DNA of 64,000 nt from Eledone cirrhosa (lineage: Eukaryota), in assembly GCA_964016885.1 (NCBI GenBank), contig OZ024749.1, forward strand, positions 33,170,001 to 33,234,000, read 5' to 3'. Positions 26,261 to 38,824 of the stretch are shown here, one piece after another. The translations under genes and the position numbers were made by a program. The number at the start of each line of letters is the position of its first letter. The first letter of the stretch is position 1. The notes under the pieces were generated by a model, which saw only the letters and a list, made by a program, of their open reading frames with translations, was not told the origin of the DNA and did not search any database.

Positions 26261-26701
26261 GTAACTCCCTTCCCCAAAGAATCCAGAAACCTGATGGAAT
26301 TTTGGTATTGTTAAACATAAATAAGTATTGCTTAAGTCTTGTCTCTCTTTGTCTGATGTTTTTGTAACAGCCCACAAAAGGTACCATGAGAGAGAGAGAG
26401 AGCAATCAAAAATAATAGGGGTGCAGCTGTTGATGTTTTGATAGACAGGAATGAAAATATAACTAGAGTTTCAAACAGCCAAAGTGAAGGGTTATTCTCC
26501 ATCAATATACCAGCTTCTTTACATAGCTTTACCATTTCAAGATTAATTAATCATACCTCTAAACCCCCCTCCCCCCACCACCACCACCTAACCACAAACC
26601 TACACACCTTTAATCTGCAACACATTGTATTTTTCATGTTTTTTTTTTTTTTATAGATTTATTTTTGTTCACTTTTTTTTTGTTTCTCTTCCTTCCCTCA
26701 G

Positions 26702-26861
26702 GGACTGAAGTGAGTAGCAGTTCAGACAGCCAAGGTGATGGTCTGTTCAACACTGATAGCAACCCAATCAGAGTTAGTCAGAGGAAGAGAAAACCTCCCG
26801 CTACCCTTGATGATAACCCTGCTCCTCCTTCCTTAGGAGGCTGGGTTCGGATTGCTTTGGG
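26702..26861 (+). CDS. Exon D of bromodomain protein gene (RKRKP basic NLS-like motif; start of helix alphaZ)
   Basis: Long pyrimidine tract + cag|GG (phase 1); GTEVSSSSDSQGDGLFNTDSNPIRVSQRKRKPPATLDDNPAPPSLGGWVRIALG; donor GG|gtaagt (phase 2). Confidence 0.9.
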
Positions 26862-27029
26862 GTAAGTTAATCATTATAAATATATATATATATATATATG
26901 GAAAGTTATATTTAAATTGTTGGGTTACAACTAGTAAATATTTATAACTGATATAAAAGCACTCGACAAATATTTGGAGTATATTTACAATATTAAATAA
27001 ATGGAAAACTATATTTATAAAACCATATT

Positions 27030-27095
27030 TATTTCATTATATATATTTCAGGGATATCATATTAACAATATGCTATGCCTTCCTCAGACAAAATA
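27030..27095 (-). ncRNA. Identical hammerhead ribozyme on the opposite strand (predicted)
   Basis: Exact reverse complement of 27205-27270. Confidence 0.65.
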
Positions 27096-27204
27096 CAATA
27101 TAAACAGTTTTATAGATAAATATCTGCCAAATCAACCTCTTCAAATGCAAGTCGATGTTGTTACGGTATGTCGAATCTATTTATCTATAAAACTGTTTAT
27201 ATTG

Positions 27205-27270
27205 TATTTTGTCTGAGGAAGGCATAGCATATTGTTAATATGATATCCCTGAAATATATATAATGAAATA
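27205..27270 (+). ncRNA. Type I hammerhead ribozyme (predicted)
   Basis: Stem I UAUUUUGU/AUGAAAUA (8 bp, 2 GU); core CUGAGGA; stem II AGGCAUAGCAUAUU-guu-AAUAUGAUAUCCCU (2 mismatches); GAAA; palindromic UAUAUA stem III; AUA cleavage triplet. Confidence 0.65.
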
Positions 27271-27307
27271 AATATGGTTTTATAAATATAGTTTCCATTT
27301 ATTTAAT

Positions 27308-27354
<47 letters not shown>

Positions 27355-27647
27355 ATATGTACATATCTTTGTTTTCTTTTACATGTACCTGTGTGTGATG
27401 GTGCCTTTGTATGTATGTCTTTGCATGAGTCTTTATCTGTATGTTTGTATATCTGTGTACATGCCTGTGTGTGTGTGTGTGTGTGTTATTGTGAACCTGT
27501 CTTTGAGCATCATGTCTTTGCAGTTAGTTTTTTGTTTTTTAATGTTATTTTTAACCAGGATCGAGGACCAGTGCTGATGCTAATCGCTAATCCTGTCTAT
27601 ACCCTACATGTCACTCACTTTATATATATATATAGATGAATGAATAT

Positions 27648-27990
27648 GGAGGCACATGGCTTCGTGGTTAGAGCATTGGCCTTGCAATCGAAAGGTTGTG
27701 AGTTCAATTCTCAGACCGGGTGATGTGTTGTTTCCTTGAGCAAGACACTTTATTTCATATTGCTCCAGTTTACTCAGCTGTAGAAATGAGATGATAGGAA
27801 CTGGGGTCCATATCATTCCACTGCAAAGTGGTCGTGGAGGTGCCACGGCAAAAAAGCACCCAGCACTCACTGTAAATGAGGTTGGTGTTAGGAAGGGCAT
27901 CCAGCTGTAGAAATCAAGCCAGAATCAGTTCCCGTCCCACCCTTGCAAGCAGGGAAAAGCGGACGTAAAATGATGATGATGATGATGATG
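27648..27990 (+). mobile_element. CORE-type tRNA-derived SINE, full length, (TGA)n tail
   Basis: Same family as 20347-20670; retains CAATCGAAAGGTTG, which the other copy has lost. Confidence 0.8.
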
Positions 27991-27992
27991 AT

Positions 27993-28029
<37 letters not shown>

Positions 28030-29201
28030 CAGGTTGTCATACTAAGTCATGAAAAAAGAGTTTGAAGTGAGAAAAAAATTGGCATGAATAATTTTGAGAC
28101 TCTTCTTGGTACATCTGCTATATAAATCCACTACTGTTTGTGTTGATGACTGCTTTAATACAAGGTCTGAAACGTTGACATGCCCAAATCATTTGATCTT
28201 TATCTATTTTAGATATTGTGCTAGTTATGCCGGACTTCAGAGATTTTATAGTGTTATGAGTGTGTTGATTGATTTCCTGCTCAATTACGTCCCATACGTA
28301 GTAGTCCAACAAATTCAGGTCTGGATAACTAGGAAACCATATGTTTGGGTTGAAATGATCGTGGAGATTATAACTCACCCATTCTTGAGTTTTCTTGACC
28401 TTATGAGATAGCACAAAGTCTTGTTAGTAGGTGTATGGTCTTCCTTTGCTCACACTCCCTATCCAAGGCCTCACAATCCTCTCCAGCACCTTATAGTCAG
28501 CAGCATTGACCCTTAAGCCCCGAGGAAAGAAGTAAAGACGCATGACATCTCTCTCATTGCTCACAGTTGCTGGTGGATGACCACTGGAATATCTTCAGAG
28601 TCTCTGCATAACCATCTGTCATTCCTTCAGTTGACATTATGGTCCTGATCAAAGTTTTTCTCATCAGAAAAAAACAAAAAACATTTCAGATTCTTGATGT
28701 TTCAACTTGCACAACAAGCACTTTCTGCAGATCAGTTATCTTTTGTCTTTGTAGACAAGAATTGGCTTCTCCACATCACATGACTTGTATTAAAGGTCAT
28801 CATGCACAATTCTTCCGATAGTGTCTTCAGACATTGAGCTTCTTAGCAATGGTGTTAATTAACTTTTGGGAGTTTCTATTGATAATTTTCTGCACCTTTC
28901 ATTAAAATGTTGGTGTTCCGATGGTATTAAGACCCTTAGCAGGCGTTTTTTGTTTGGCTACTACTGTAGAATCCCTCCCAACAGCTTCCAGTTCTTTGTG
29001 AACTTCAACAAAAAACGAATGTGCAACTTTCAGAAAGTGATCACTCTAAATCAATGTGCTCTGCCATTAAGGTAACAAATACAGTGTGTCTTTTCATTTG
29101 ATGTCTGTCATCATTTATCTGAAAAGAAATAGTAATCAGGACAAGTTAGAAAAAGTTACAACTATTAAAAGACATGTCCTTAAAGAACTGAGAAAACTCT
29201 G
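28030..29201 (-). mobile_element. Degenerate Tc1/mariner-superfamily DNA transposon (maT/DD37D-like)
   Basis: ORF 28118-28414: IWFPSYPDLNLLDYYVWDVIE...CQRFRPCIKAVI...GFI corresponds to the WPP.SPDLNPLDY.VW motif; the upstream ORF is broken. Boundaries are approximate. Confidence 0.8.
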
Positions 29202-30609
29202 TATGTTAAGAAAAGGGTTAATTCTTGGCCTTCCCTAACATTTCCCCATGGAGAATAGGGGTTTTGTAACTACAGAATCTTTTTAAGGTCTCAAATTGTT
29301 ACAATAAATATCATATCTCACACATGCACACACGCTGTCTATCCCACTCTCTCTATCTATCCCCCCCCCCTCTCTCTCTCTCTCTCCACATGTGGTGTCT
29401 GTGTATGTCAACCAGACCACCAGCAGAGATCTTTATCTCAAGTGTAGAAATAGCTTTGGACAGATAATATGTATGCTTGGTGTCTATAGATGTGTGTATA
29501 TATATATGTATGTGTATGTATATATATATCTATATGTGTGTGTGAGTGTGTTTGTGTATAACATCATCATCAACATATAATATAATGTGTGTAGCATTTT
29601 AAAAATGTGTTTTTGCATATATGTATGAAGGTATCTGTATGTACCTGTTTGGGTTACTAGTTAGGCTCCTGACATCACATACTATCTACTTTACACAACA
29701 CTATAAATTGTTGTTTTTTTTTTCTTTTTTACTTGCTTCACCTTATAAACTGTGTGTGTTTCTGTATATATATGTCTGTGTATGTGCATTTGTGTGTGTG
29801 TGTATGTAAGAGAGAGAAAGGGATACAATCTGTGGTGTAATTTCCTTTTTTTTCTTTCCCCAAGTCTACTTTGTGTGTGTGTTCACACTTTATTAATCAG
29901 TGTATCTCACTGAGTGAAGACCAGGTAAGTAGGAGAATGAGAGAGGTGTGAGGTGATGTGCAATGTACCACAGAGAGATAGCTAAGAACCATATGTGATT
30001 TTATAAGTAGGTCACTAGAGGTGAGACTGGTTGTGAAGGGTGGGGCTGAGAGAGATACTGTTGAGTTGGAGGTGAGACTGGTTGTGGGGCACAGATATAT
30101 ATAAATGTATGAATGTATATTACTGTTGTGTTGTAGGTGAGACTGGTTGTTGGGCACAGATATATAGATATATATGCATATATACTGTTGTGTTGTTTGT
30201 GAGCTCATGTATGATATGTGCTGGATGTAGTTCCTCAGTGAATAGGAAAAGAAAATGATGGCATTTGCCTGAGAAGTGGGAGGGATAGGGAGAGAATGAG
30301 ACAGGGATTTGCCTGAAAAAAAGGGAGTGATGTGGAGGGAAAGAGTCAGGGATTTGCCTGAGGAGTGGGAGTGATGGGGGGAGAGACAGGCATTTGCCTG
30401 AGAAGAGGGTAAGGGGAGGCTCTTCTATGATGAGAGTTGCTGGTTGTTATTGATAATGATGATGATAGTAATAGTGGTGGTAGGTATGATAGTATTTGAT
30501 GTTACACACTTATCTTTTATTATCTCTTTGTTTCTAGATTTTCATACTATCAACTCATTTTCTTTCGTGCTGTCATCTGCCCTCACTACCACCCTCTCTC
30601 TCCATATCT

Positions 30610-30667
<58 letters not shown>

Positions 30668-31316
30668 TTTCTGACAAGAAGATACTGATTGCCTTTCTGT
30701 GTTTTAATCATTAAAATATTTAAAACAATTATGAGAGATTTACTGTAATAATTAACTTTCAACTGAATGGTTTCTGATTTAGGCACATGACCAGTTGGGA
30801 ACAATGGCACAGGACCAACTGGGAACAGTGGCTTGGAACCAGTTTGGAACAGTGGCATAGGGCACCTGGGAACTGGCACAGGTCCAGCTTGGAATAGTGG
30901 CATGGGACTAGTTGAAGAATCTTATCTCACTCACACTGTTTATCTTTGTAATTTCAATGTGTGTATCTTGTTTAGACTAGGTACACCATAACCCTGTGTC
31001 CTAAGAGGCAATTAAAAGGGTTAGTATCAGGAAGGATATCATGTAAAGTATTTCAAAAATAAATTAAATTTATAACTGATTCCCCTGCTTCCCTGCAGGT
31101 TTAAGCGGCTTCCTACGATGCTGCATCTTATAGGATGGTTCTCGTGTGTTTCAATGGTAGGGTTACCAGTCCTGTAAAATATTGCCTCAAAAGGGCACTA
31201 TGTAGGGTATGAGCCTGTCATGGAGTCCACAAGATGCTTGTTGTCTTTAAAATGCTTGTTGTCTTTTAAAATGCTTGTTGTTGTTTATCTTTATAATTGT
31301 TTTTCTCTGTTTACAG

Positions 31317-31399
31317 ACTTCTAGAGAGAGTATCTCGCTTCCGAGGCATCAACCGAGAAAAGGGGGAACTGAATGCAGCCTCTTGGTTCACCCGACCAG
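31317..31399 (+). CDS. Exon E: bromodomain alphaZ / ZA loop
   Basis: ttacag|A (phase 2); LLERVSRFRGINREKGELNAASWFTRP; donor CAG|gttagt (phase 1). Confidence 0.9.
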
Positions 31400-32186
31400 G
31401 TTAGTGTCTTACAATAGTTAGTGTGTATATTGGACCTTTGTCACTTCCGGAATAACAGCTCTTCCAGTTGATTTGATCAACAGAACAGCCTGCTTGGGAA
31501 ATGAATATGCAAATAGCTTAGCATTCAACAGGCATGTGTGTGGCAACTCGTTTTTTTTTTTTTTGTTTTTTTTTTGCCAGCTGAGTGGACTGGAACAACA
31601 TGAAATAAAGTGTCTTGCTCAAGGACAAAACATGCCACCTGGACAGGGGATTCAACTCACAACCTTGATATCATCAGCCAAATGCCCTAACCCCTAAGTC
31701 ACACACCTTCACCACAATAATAATTAATTGAATAAAAACTAAGATTATCATTATCATTTAACGTGCATTTTCACTGTTATCAAAGATTGGGTGGGTTGTC
31801 ACAGGCCTACCCGATACTCAGTTGGAGTCACAAATCTCGTACTCTACAGACTACACTCTGCATTTTATCATAGGCACCAAAAATAATGAGGTCATCATGT
31901 CTTTAACACAACTGAAAAGCCCTCTCTACTCTTTTTTTGGCAAGTTTTCTATGGCTGGATGCCCTTCCTACCACCAACTACTTTACAGAGTGTACTGAGT
32001 GTGTTTTATGTCACCAACACTAGAGAGTTGAGTTTGCTGTGCTTTTGACATAACTGAAGGGTCCTCTCAAAATCTTTTTTAGACAAGGGTTCTACAGCTG
32101 GATGCAAAGTAAATAAAATCAGTTTTGCCTCTGAGTTGTGTATGTATCATTGTACCAAATTAATTGTTAACTCCTTGCCATTTCAG

Positions 32187-32266
32187 TGGATCCTCTTGAA
32201 GCTCCTGACTACTACACCATTGTGAAAAATCCGATGGATTTCAGCACGATACGGAAACGATTGGAG
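32187..32266 (+). CDS. Exon F: bromodomain core
   Basis: tttcag|TG; [27 protein letters not shown], the canonical bromodomain PV...PDYY.II..PMDL.TI..RL motif; donor GAG|gtgagt (phase 0). Confidence 0.95.
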
Positions 32267-32655
32267 GTGAGTTTTACTCTTATTCCTTTAAAGCTGTTGG
32301 TTGGGTGAGCTGGTAGTGATAGGACTATTTTTGATGCTGCAAACAGAAGGTGACACATATTAGTGTGCATATAACAGCAGAAAGTACAACAGGTTTTTTT
32401 AAGGACATTTTCCCTACTAAAGCAGGAGATAGCCATGCAGGCCACATTGTGGTGTCCTTTTCTAGGCAAAATTTTACAACCAGATACCCTTACTATTGCC
32501 AACTTTTTTAGTCACCTTTTACAATACATGGAGATACAGTGTACTTATTTTAAGTGGTGTGTATTTTATTAGAAATACATTCAGATGCCCTTCCTGTTGC
32601 CAACTTTTTTTAGTCACCTTTTACAATATGTGGAGATACAGTGTCCCTATTTTAA

Positions 32656-32830
32656 CCCTTTAGCATTTACATTACTCTTTATATACTATTGTATTTTTCT
32701 GGTACAGGCCTTATCTTACATAATTATCTCACATAATATCAAATCTACGAGATTTTGAAGTTATTTAATTGGAGAATTAAAGAGGTGAGAGAATTCTGGC
32801 CGGAATACAGCTGGTTTAAATGCTAAAGGG
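32656..32830. mobile_element. piggyBac-type MITE with TTAA target-site duplication
   Basis: TTAA|CCCTTTAGCATTTA...TAAATGCTAAAGGG|TTAA. An empty paralogous site is at 32550-32553. Confidence 0.9.
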
Positions 32831-33445
32831 TTAAATGGTGTGTATTTTATTAGAAATACAGTCAGAAACAGGAATGTTAAATTAATTAACATTCTATTTA
32901 AAACTATAACTGTAGCAACTAAACAAACAAAATTAATTCAAAGTTAATTAAACAGAAGTAATTATAATCTTATAAAAAGCATCTAAATACTTTTGAAAGT
33001 AACTGTTCTGTTCTGGCTCTTCTTATAAGATCAGGAATATAAAAATCTATGTAAAAATAAATTATTTTACTGTTGACATAATATTCTGTACATCAATAAA
33101 AATCTAAAGAATGTATATTATGTGTGGCATGATTATTATGCTAGGTATTAGATATCTGAATGATAATTTTGTAGCAAGCTTGCATTTTGAATTATTTTCA
33201 TTACTGCAAACTCATGAAAGCCCATGTCATTGAGACATAGACTGGATGTGAAGGGAAATATATTTCATATTATTTTTTTATTTATTTAGTTGCCTTTCTT
33301 ATACTATAAACAGTCATTTTTAAAATATATTATTAACACTGAACAATATTTTTGTTTATATATATTTTTTTCATTTCATTTCATTTTACGTCCACTTTTT
33401 CCCTGCTTGCAAGGGAGGGACGGGAACTGATATATATATATATAT

Positions 33446-33527
33446 AATATAGAAACGGCTTCTGCAGGACTAGAACTGTTTCCTTCGAATGAAACAGTTC
33501 TAGTCCTGTAGAAGCCATTTCTATATT
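33446..33527. repeat. 82-bp palindrome (short fold-back element)
   Basis: AATATAGAAACGGCTTCTGCAGGACTAGAACTGTTTC-cttcgaat-GAAACAGTTCTAGTCCTGTAGAAGCCATTTCTATATT. Confidence 0.9.
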
Positions 33528-33687
33528 GAATATTTATTACTCTACTAAGTATTGAGTACATTACTTATTGTGGTTACCCCTGATTGAACCCGAGATACAC
33601 ATATATATACAATTGTGTGTGTATATTTATATATATCATTTACTTATGTATGATATATACACATATATGTATTTTCTTTGATTTCAG

Positions 33688-33852
33688 TCTGGATATTATT
33701 CTGCAATGGAAGATTTCCATAATGATATGTCATTGGTGCGTGATAACTGTGGTTTGTACAATCCCCTTGGCAGTTCTGTCCACAGAGACTGCCAAGAAGT
33801 GTTTGCCTTTTATACTCAAGAGTACGAGAAAATAGTCGGCAAATTAAACAAG
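33688..33852 (+). CDS. Exon G: bromodomain alphaB-alphaC
   Basis: atttcag|TCT; SGYYSAMEDFHNDMSLVRDNCGLYNPLGSSVHRDCQEVFAFYTQEYEKIVGKLNK, with the Y..F..D..L...N...YN signature; donor AAG|gtaaac (phase 0). Confidence 0.95.
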
Positions 33853-34269
33853 GTAAACTTTTTTATTAGCTTGAAATATGTCTTTAGAATTTTTCTTTTT
33901 GTTGAAATGCATTTTACGTTTATCCATGTTATCCAATGTTGGAAGTCCCATAGCTTAGAGGTTAGTGTGTTGGACTGCTGATCATAGGGTCATGGGTTTG
34001 ATTCTGGACCAGGCAGAGATATTATCCTTGAATAAGGCACTTCATTTCAAGTTGCCTCAGTCAACTCAGATAAAAACTAATTTCAGTGACAGTTGGAGAT
34101 TAACCATGTGAGAGGTTGGCATTCCAACTGGTGGGTGGGGTCTGTTACATTTTGGTTGTTTAACACCTCATGAAACTAGTATATGCTCTGGCCTGGTTAG
34201 CCTCTAGGCTTCAGAAAGTCCTCAAATTTATATCCTTCAGTTACAACCAAATACATTGATGGCTGTGTA

Positions 34270-34545
34270 AGTAATACACATGAATGGCAAAGCATAAATG
34301 GACTGAGAGAGAACTAAGCATAAGAGGAATCAGATGCAGTGTGCAGGAGAGGAGATTGCGTTGGTATGGCCATGTGATGCATATGAAGGATGACAGCTGT
34401 ATAAAAAGGTGCAGAGCGCTCAAAGTTGATGGAAGCTATGGAGTAGGAAAACCCAGGAAGACTTGGGATGAGGTGATAAATGCTGACCTTACACAATTAC
34501 ACCTCAAAGATTTCTGGCATTATGCAGTAATACAGAAGATCCGCC
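34270..34545 (+). mobile_element. RTE-clade LINE 3' fragment
   Basis: IRGIRCSVQERRLRWYGHVMHMKDDSCIKRCRALKVDG..GKPRKTWDEVI (RLRW.GHV...GRPRKTW). Confidence 0.85.
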
Positions 34546-34885
34546 TTCCAATGAGCACAGGCTCAAGCATACATCTAGTACGCACCTTCACCTTCATCCC
34601 CTTTCCATACACCTTCCACATCCTAACAATCTGCCTCTCACACACGCCCACATACTCATCTCCCTAATTCCCACCATAGCCCCCAGCCCACACTGTAAAT
34701 ATGGTTGGCGTGAGGAAGGGCATATATGTATAAACATAAATAAATAATATAATATTTCAGCTCTCTTTCCGATTGAACAGTTTTTCTTTTTCACACCTAC
34801 GGATATTGCTACATATGTATATATTCTCTCTGACTTTCTTATATGTATCTAGGCGTGCATATTTTTTTCTCACACACACATAGAA

Positions 34886-37215
34886 GTGGTTATCAGTTGT
34901 ACTACTGAGGAACCTTTAGGCGATTCTGATCATGCTATGATCATTATCAATCTGGCTCTTGCGGGCAGCAACAAAAACCAGAACCATCTCCAATCTGCTT
35001 GCTTTGATTGGAAGAAAGCAGATTGGAACTTGTACTGTACTGAGCTACAGCGCCCAAACTGGCATGAGTTCTATAACTCTGGAGATGTGAACACTATCCT
35101 CCAGAGCATCCTGGACTCAATATGGATAGCGTGTGCAGCATCGGTGCCACGTAAGCAGAAAAAACTCACCCTAAAGGTGCAATTTGGGAAACTTTAGCGG
35201 TCCGACTTGCCAGGAAAGAACGTTGGAACGCTGAACGGGAATATAAACTGCATAAATCAGATGCCAACAGAAAAAAGCGGAATAAATCTTCTAACCATCT
35301 CAAGCAAGTGACAAAAAAGGCAGTGCTTGAATTTGAACAGTGCATAGCAACCAATCCTGACAGTAAGGTGTTCTGGAAATATGTTCATTCAAAGCAGAGA
35401 CCTCACTCTCCAGTTGGTCCTCTTCGCAATCCCCACACAAGCCAGATCACTGATGATCCCAAAGAATGCGCAGAACTCTTTGCTGAGTGCTATGCAAGCA
35501 TTTTTACTGTTGAAAACCAGAATGTACCATCTCCACCATCTCTAACATCAAATTCCATAAGAACTATGGAATTTACACCTGCAATATTGCGACGTCACCT
35601 TAAGAATAAGCACAACTATGCCTCCCCTGGTCTTGATGGTGTTGCATACCTGCTTCTCAAACGTGGCGGGTACGTCCTTTTACACCAGCTTTCTTTCTTC
35701 TTTCAATACTGTCTCAACAATGGTGCTACTCTGGAGCAGTGGAAAACTGCCAGTGTCATTCCCCTGTTCAAAAAGGGTGACCGCACGTCACCTGTCAACT
35801 ATCGTCCAGTCAGTCTTACTAGCTGTATTGCTAAACTGATGGAATCCTGTGTCAGAGAAACACTTTGGAACTTCTGGAGCTCTCACAGCCTCATCCGGCC
35901 CTCGCAGTTTGGATTTATCCCTAACTCCAGCTGCTGTGATCAGCATATCGAGTTCCTTGAAGACATTACCCGGATCACTGACAGCGGCTCATGGGTGGAT
36001 GTTGTTTACCTTGACTTCGCTAAGGCTTTTAATTCTGTGCCACACAAAAGACTTATGGCAAAACTCTCTGCAATGGGTGTGAGGGATGATCTTTTTAACT
36101 GGTTGAAATCCTTCATTCTCAGCCGAAAAGAGGTAGTGACGGTTCTATGACAGCATTCTTCACCATATGAGATGTCATCTGGTGTACCACAGGGATCTGT
36201 TCTTGGTCCCCTTTTGTTTGTGGCATATATTAATGACATAGATGCCAACTTAAAGAATGCCACGGTACTGAAATATGCAGATGACATCAAGCTGTACCTT
36301 GAAATCAAAAGGCCTGATCCTGAAATCTACAACTCTTTCCTACAATCAGACCTGGACACAATGCAGCAATGGATCACAGACTGGCAACTGAAGCTGGCTG
36401 TGGACAAGTGTACCACCATGCATTTTGGGAGGATAAATCCAGTGTCCACATACTCCCTCCACAACACTGATATCAAGAAGTCCTCTTGTGAACGTGACCT
36501 GGGCATTACTGTCAGCAGCGATTTGCGTTGGACAAAGCATGTCTCTTAGATTGTCAAGAAGGCCGAGGGTGTCTTGGCATCACTCAGCAAGACCTTTGTT
36601 AGCCGCTCTCCAGCCATCTATTTAAAGCTGTATACAGCTATGATACGACCACACTTGGAATTCGCATCATCAGTCTGGAACCCCTATCTTGCTCAGAACA
36701 TTGACCTCCTGGAAACTGTTCAGAGACGTGCAACCAAGCGCATACTCTGAACGCCTTGCTTCCCTGGGCATGGATTCATTGAAGCTCCGACATCTGGTAA
36801 TGGACTTGGTAAATACCCACAAAGTTATTAACCATCTCTCCAACAACAACCCTGAGCACCTTTTTGATCTCCATGTGTCTAACACACGTGGATATGCCTA
36901 CAAAATCAGAAAACAGCACAGCTCCCATGACTTTCGGAAACATTTATTCACGCTCAGAGTTGCTGAAGCATGGAACAAACTGCCTGCGTCAGTTGATAGC
37001 TGCCGAAACACTGCATCCTTTAAAACCCTCATGCTTCCCGAAATTCGCCAAAACTACCCCTTCCATACACATGCACACATGTGTATATCATGACTCATGC
37101 ACTGTTCATTTTCCTGACGTTTGTACATTACCCTATGTACTATACATACACTTTTTGATGAGTTGTAGTGCACCTGAGCACTGTACACAATATTTCATTA
37201 TTATTATTATTATTA
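34886..37215 (+). mobile_element. 5'-truncated, inactivated CR1-like LINE (end of APE + RT + 3' UTR, (ATT)n tail)
   Basis: EPLGDSDH; PLFKKGDR...NYRPVSLTS; QFGF; DVVYLDFAKAF; GVPQGSVLGPLLF; KYADD; stops at 36148 and 36547, frameshifts, and a small deletion at about 36740. Confidence 0.95.
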
Positions 37216-38254
37216 TATATATATATATACACACACACACAGATATAAGATATACAGATAAAGAATGTCCCCATAAGAGAGCTCTTCAGTAAAATTTATG
37301 TATACTATCTATCTATCTATCCATATATATATATATATGTGTGTGGAAGAGCACATTTGTGTGTGTGTGTGCACACATGTGCCAACACATTTTTATCTAT
37401 CTATCTGGAATGTCTCATCCAATAACACCCCTTCTGACATACCTTTTCTCACCTTGCCCTCTCTCTTTTTCAGCTCACACACACAGCATCACACATGTGT
37501 ACGTGTATATACACATACAGGCTCTGCCTGGCTCCCTATCCTATCTTTCCTTTCTGTTCCAATTATTTCACTCATTATGGCACTGTATTACTTAATACTC
37601 CTCCGTCCTTCCCTTCCTCCCTTCTCTTTCTTTCTTATCACCTTAGTTCACCCTCACCCTCATCCTTTGCCTTCAACTTCTCATCAGTACAAGATTGGTG
37701 AAAGTGATGCTGGCTTAGTATTATAACTATCCTGTTAGTTACACACACATACACACACACACACACACATACAAATAAACACACATCAGTTATCTCTCTC
37801 TCTCTCTCTACAAGACTGGATAGAGTTATGTGAATGAAGATGCTGGCTTAGTATTATAATTATACTGTTGGTTACACACACACACACATACATATACATA
37901 TACACACACATGCACACATCGGTTACCTTTCTCTACAAGACTGGATATAGTTATGCTAATGAAGATGCTTGGAGGCTGTAGAAGTACGGAGAAAGGCAGC
38001 TCTATGTTTCTGTGTGTGTGTGTGTGCCTGTCTGTGTATGTGTGTGTGTGTGAGTGGTAACCTAAGGTAGAGGAGTTAAGATCTCAGTGAGCAATGTCAG
38101 TAATTTAGTATCAGTTTTTGGTTTAGTTTTGCTTACGTCATAATCACTGTTGAATTAACCCTTTCATTACCATGTTTTTAATGAAAAGCGCTGTTTCAAT
38201 TAATTTTTAAAATAATTATAAATTTGGTAAAATTTAGTAATACAACACATTGCT

Positions 38255-38808
38255 GGCCTTGTGGATTGGAGTATTTGTAGAGAGTCGAACAACATGCTTT
38301 GCTGCATAGAGTTACGGCCCGTTATATTCTGAGTCCAAGCCCTCCCTTGCAGGGTCGATAAAATAAAGTATCAGTCACGCACTGGAGTCGATTTAATCAA
38401 CCTTCCCCTCCCCTTCAAATTGCTATCCTTGTGCCTATAGTAGAAAACATTATTATTGGCGGTGATTTGGCAGTATCGGTAGAAGGTCGGACGCCATGCT
38501 TTCCAGCATAGTTACGTCCCTTTACGGTCTGAGTTCAAATCCCGCCGAGGTTAACTTTGTCTTTCATCCTTACGGGGTCGATAAAATAAAGTACCAGTAA
38601 TGCACTGGGTAATTGCTGGCCTTGTGCCAGAAGTAGAGACAATTATTATTGTTATCCCACTGAGGTTAGCTCTGCCTTTCATCCTTACAGGGTCAATAAA
38701 ATGAAGTCCCAGTAACACACTGTGGTCAATCTAATCGACTTTTCTCTATTTCAAATTGTTGGCCTTGTGCCAAAAAAGTAGAAACAATTATTATTATTAT
38801 TATTATTT
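38255..38808 (+). mobile_element. Three tandem Meta/MESC-domain SINE copies directly upstream of the last exon
   Basis: Three GGGTC(G/A)ATAAAAT cores. The middle copy (38458-38650) is full length with A box TGGCAGTATCGG and B box GAGTTCAAATCC; (TTA)n tails. Confidence 0.85.
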
Positions 38809-38824
38809 TCTTCTTAAATTTCAG

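Larger units (their letters stand above)
26986..27313. mobile_element. Near-perfect fold-back element (about 135-bp arms, about 56-nt spacer) with a hammerhead ribozyme in each arm
   Basis: Arms 26986-27121 and 27178-27313 differ by a single indel. Hammerhead on + at 27205-27270 and on - at 27030-27095. Confidence 0.9.

Noticed and set aside
26702-33852. Gene symbol assignment (TRIM24/33, BPTF, BAZ, BRD, KAT2)
   Set aside because: No adjacent PHD, HAT or second bromodomain and no diagnostic sequence recognised; left unnamed.
35308-36549. Stand-alone or domesticated reverse transcriptase gene
   Set aside because: An ordinary 5'-truncated CR1-like LINE with premature stops, frameshifts and a deletion.
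38458-38550. tRNA gene (A and B boxes)
   Set aside because: No cloverleaf; it is the tRNA-derived head of a multi-copy SINE.
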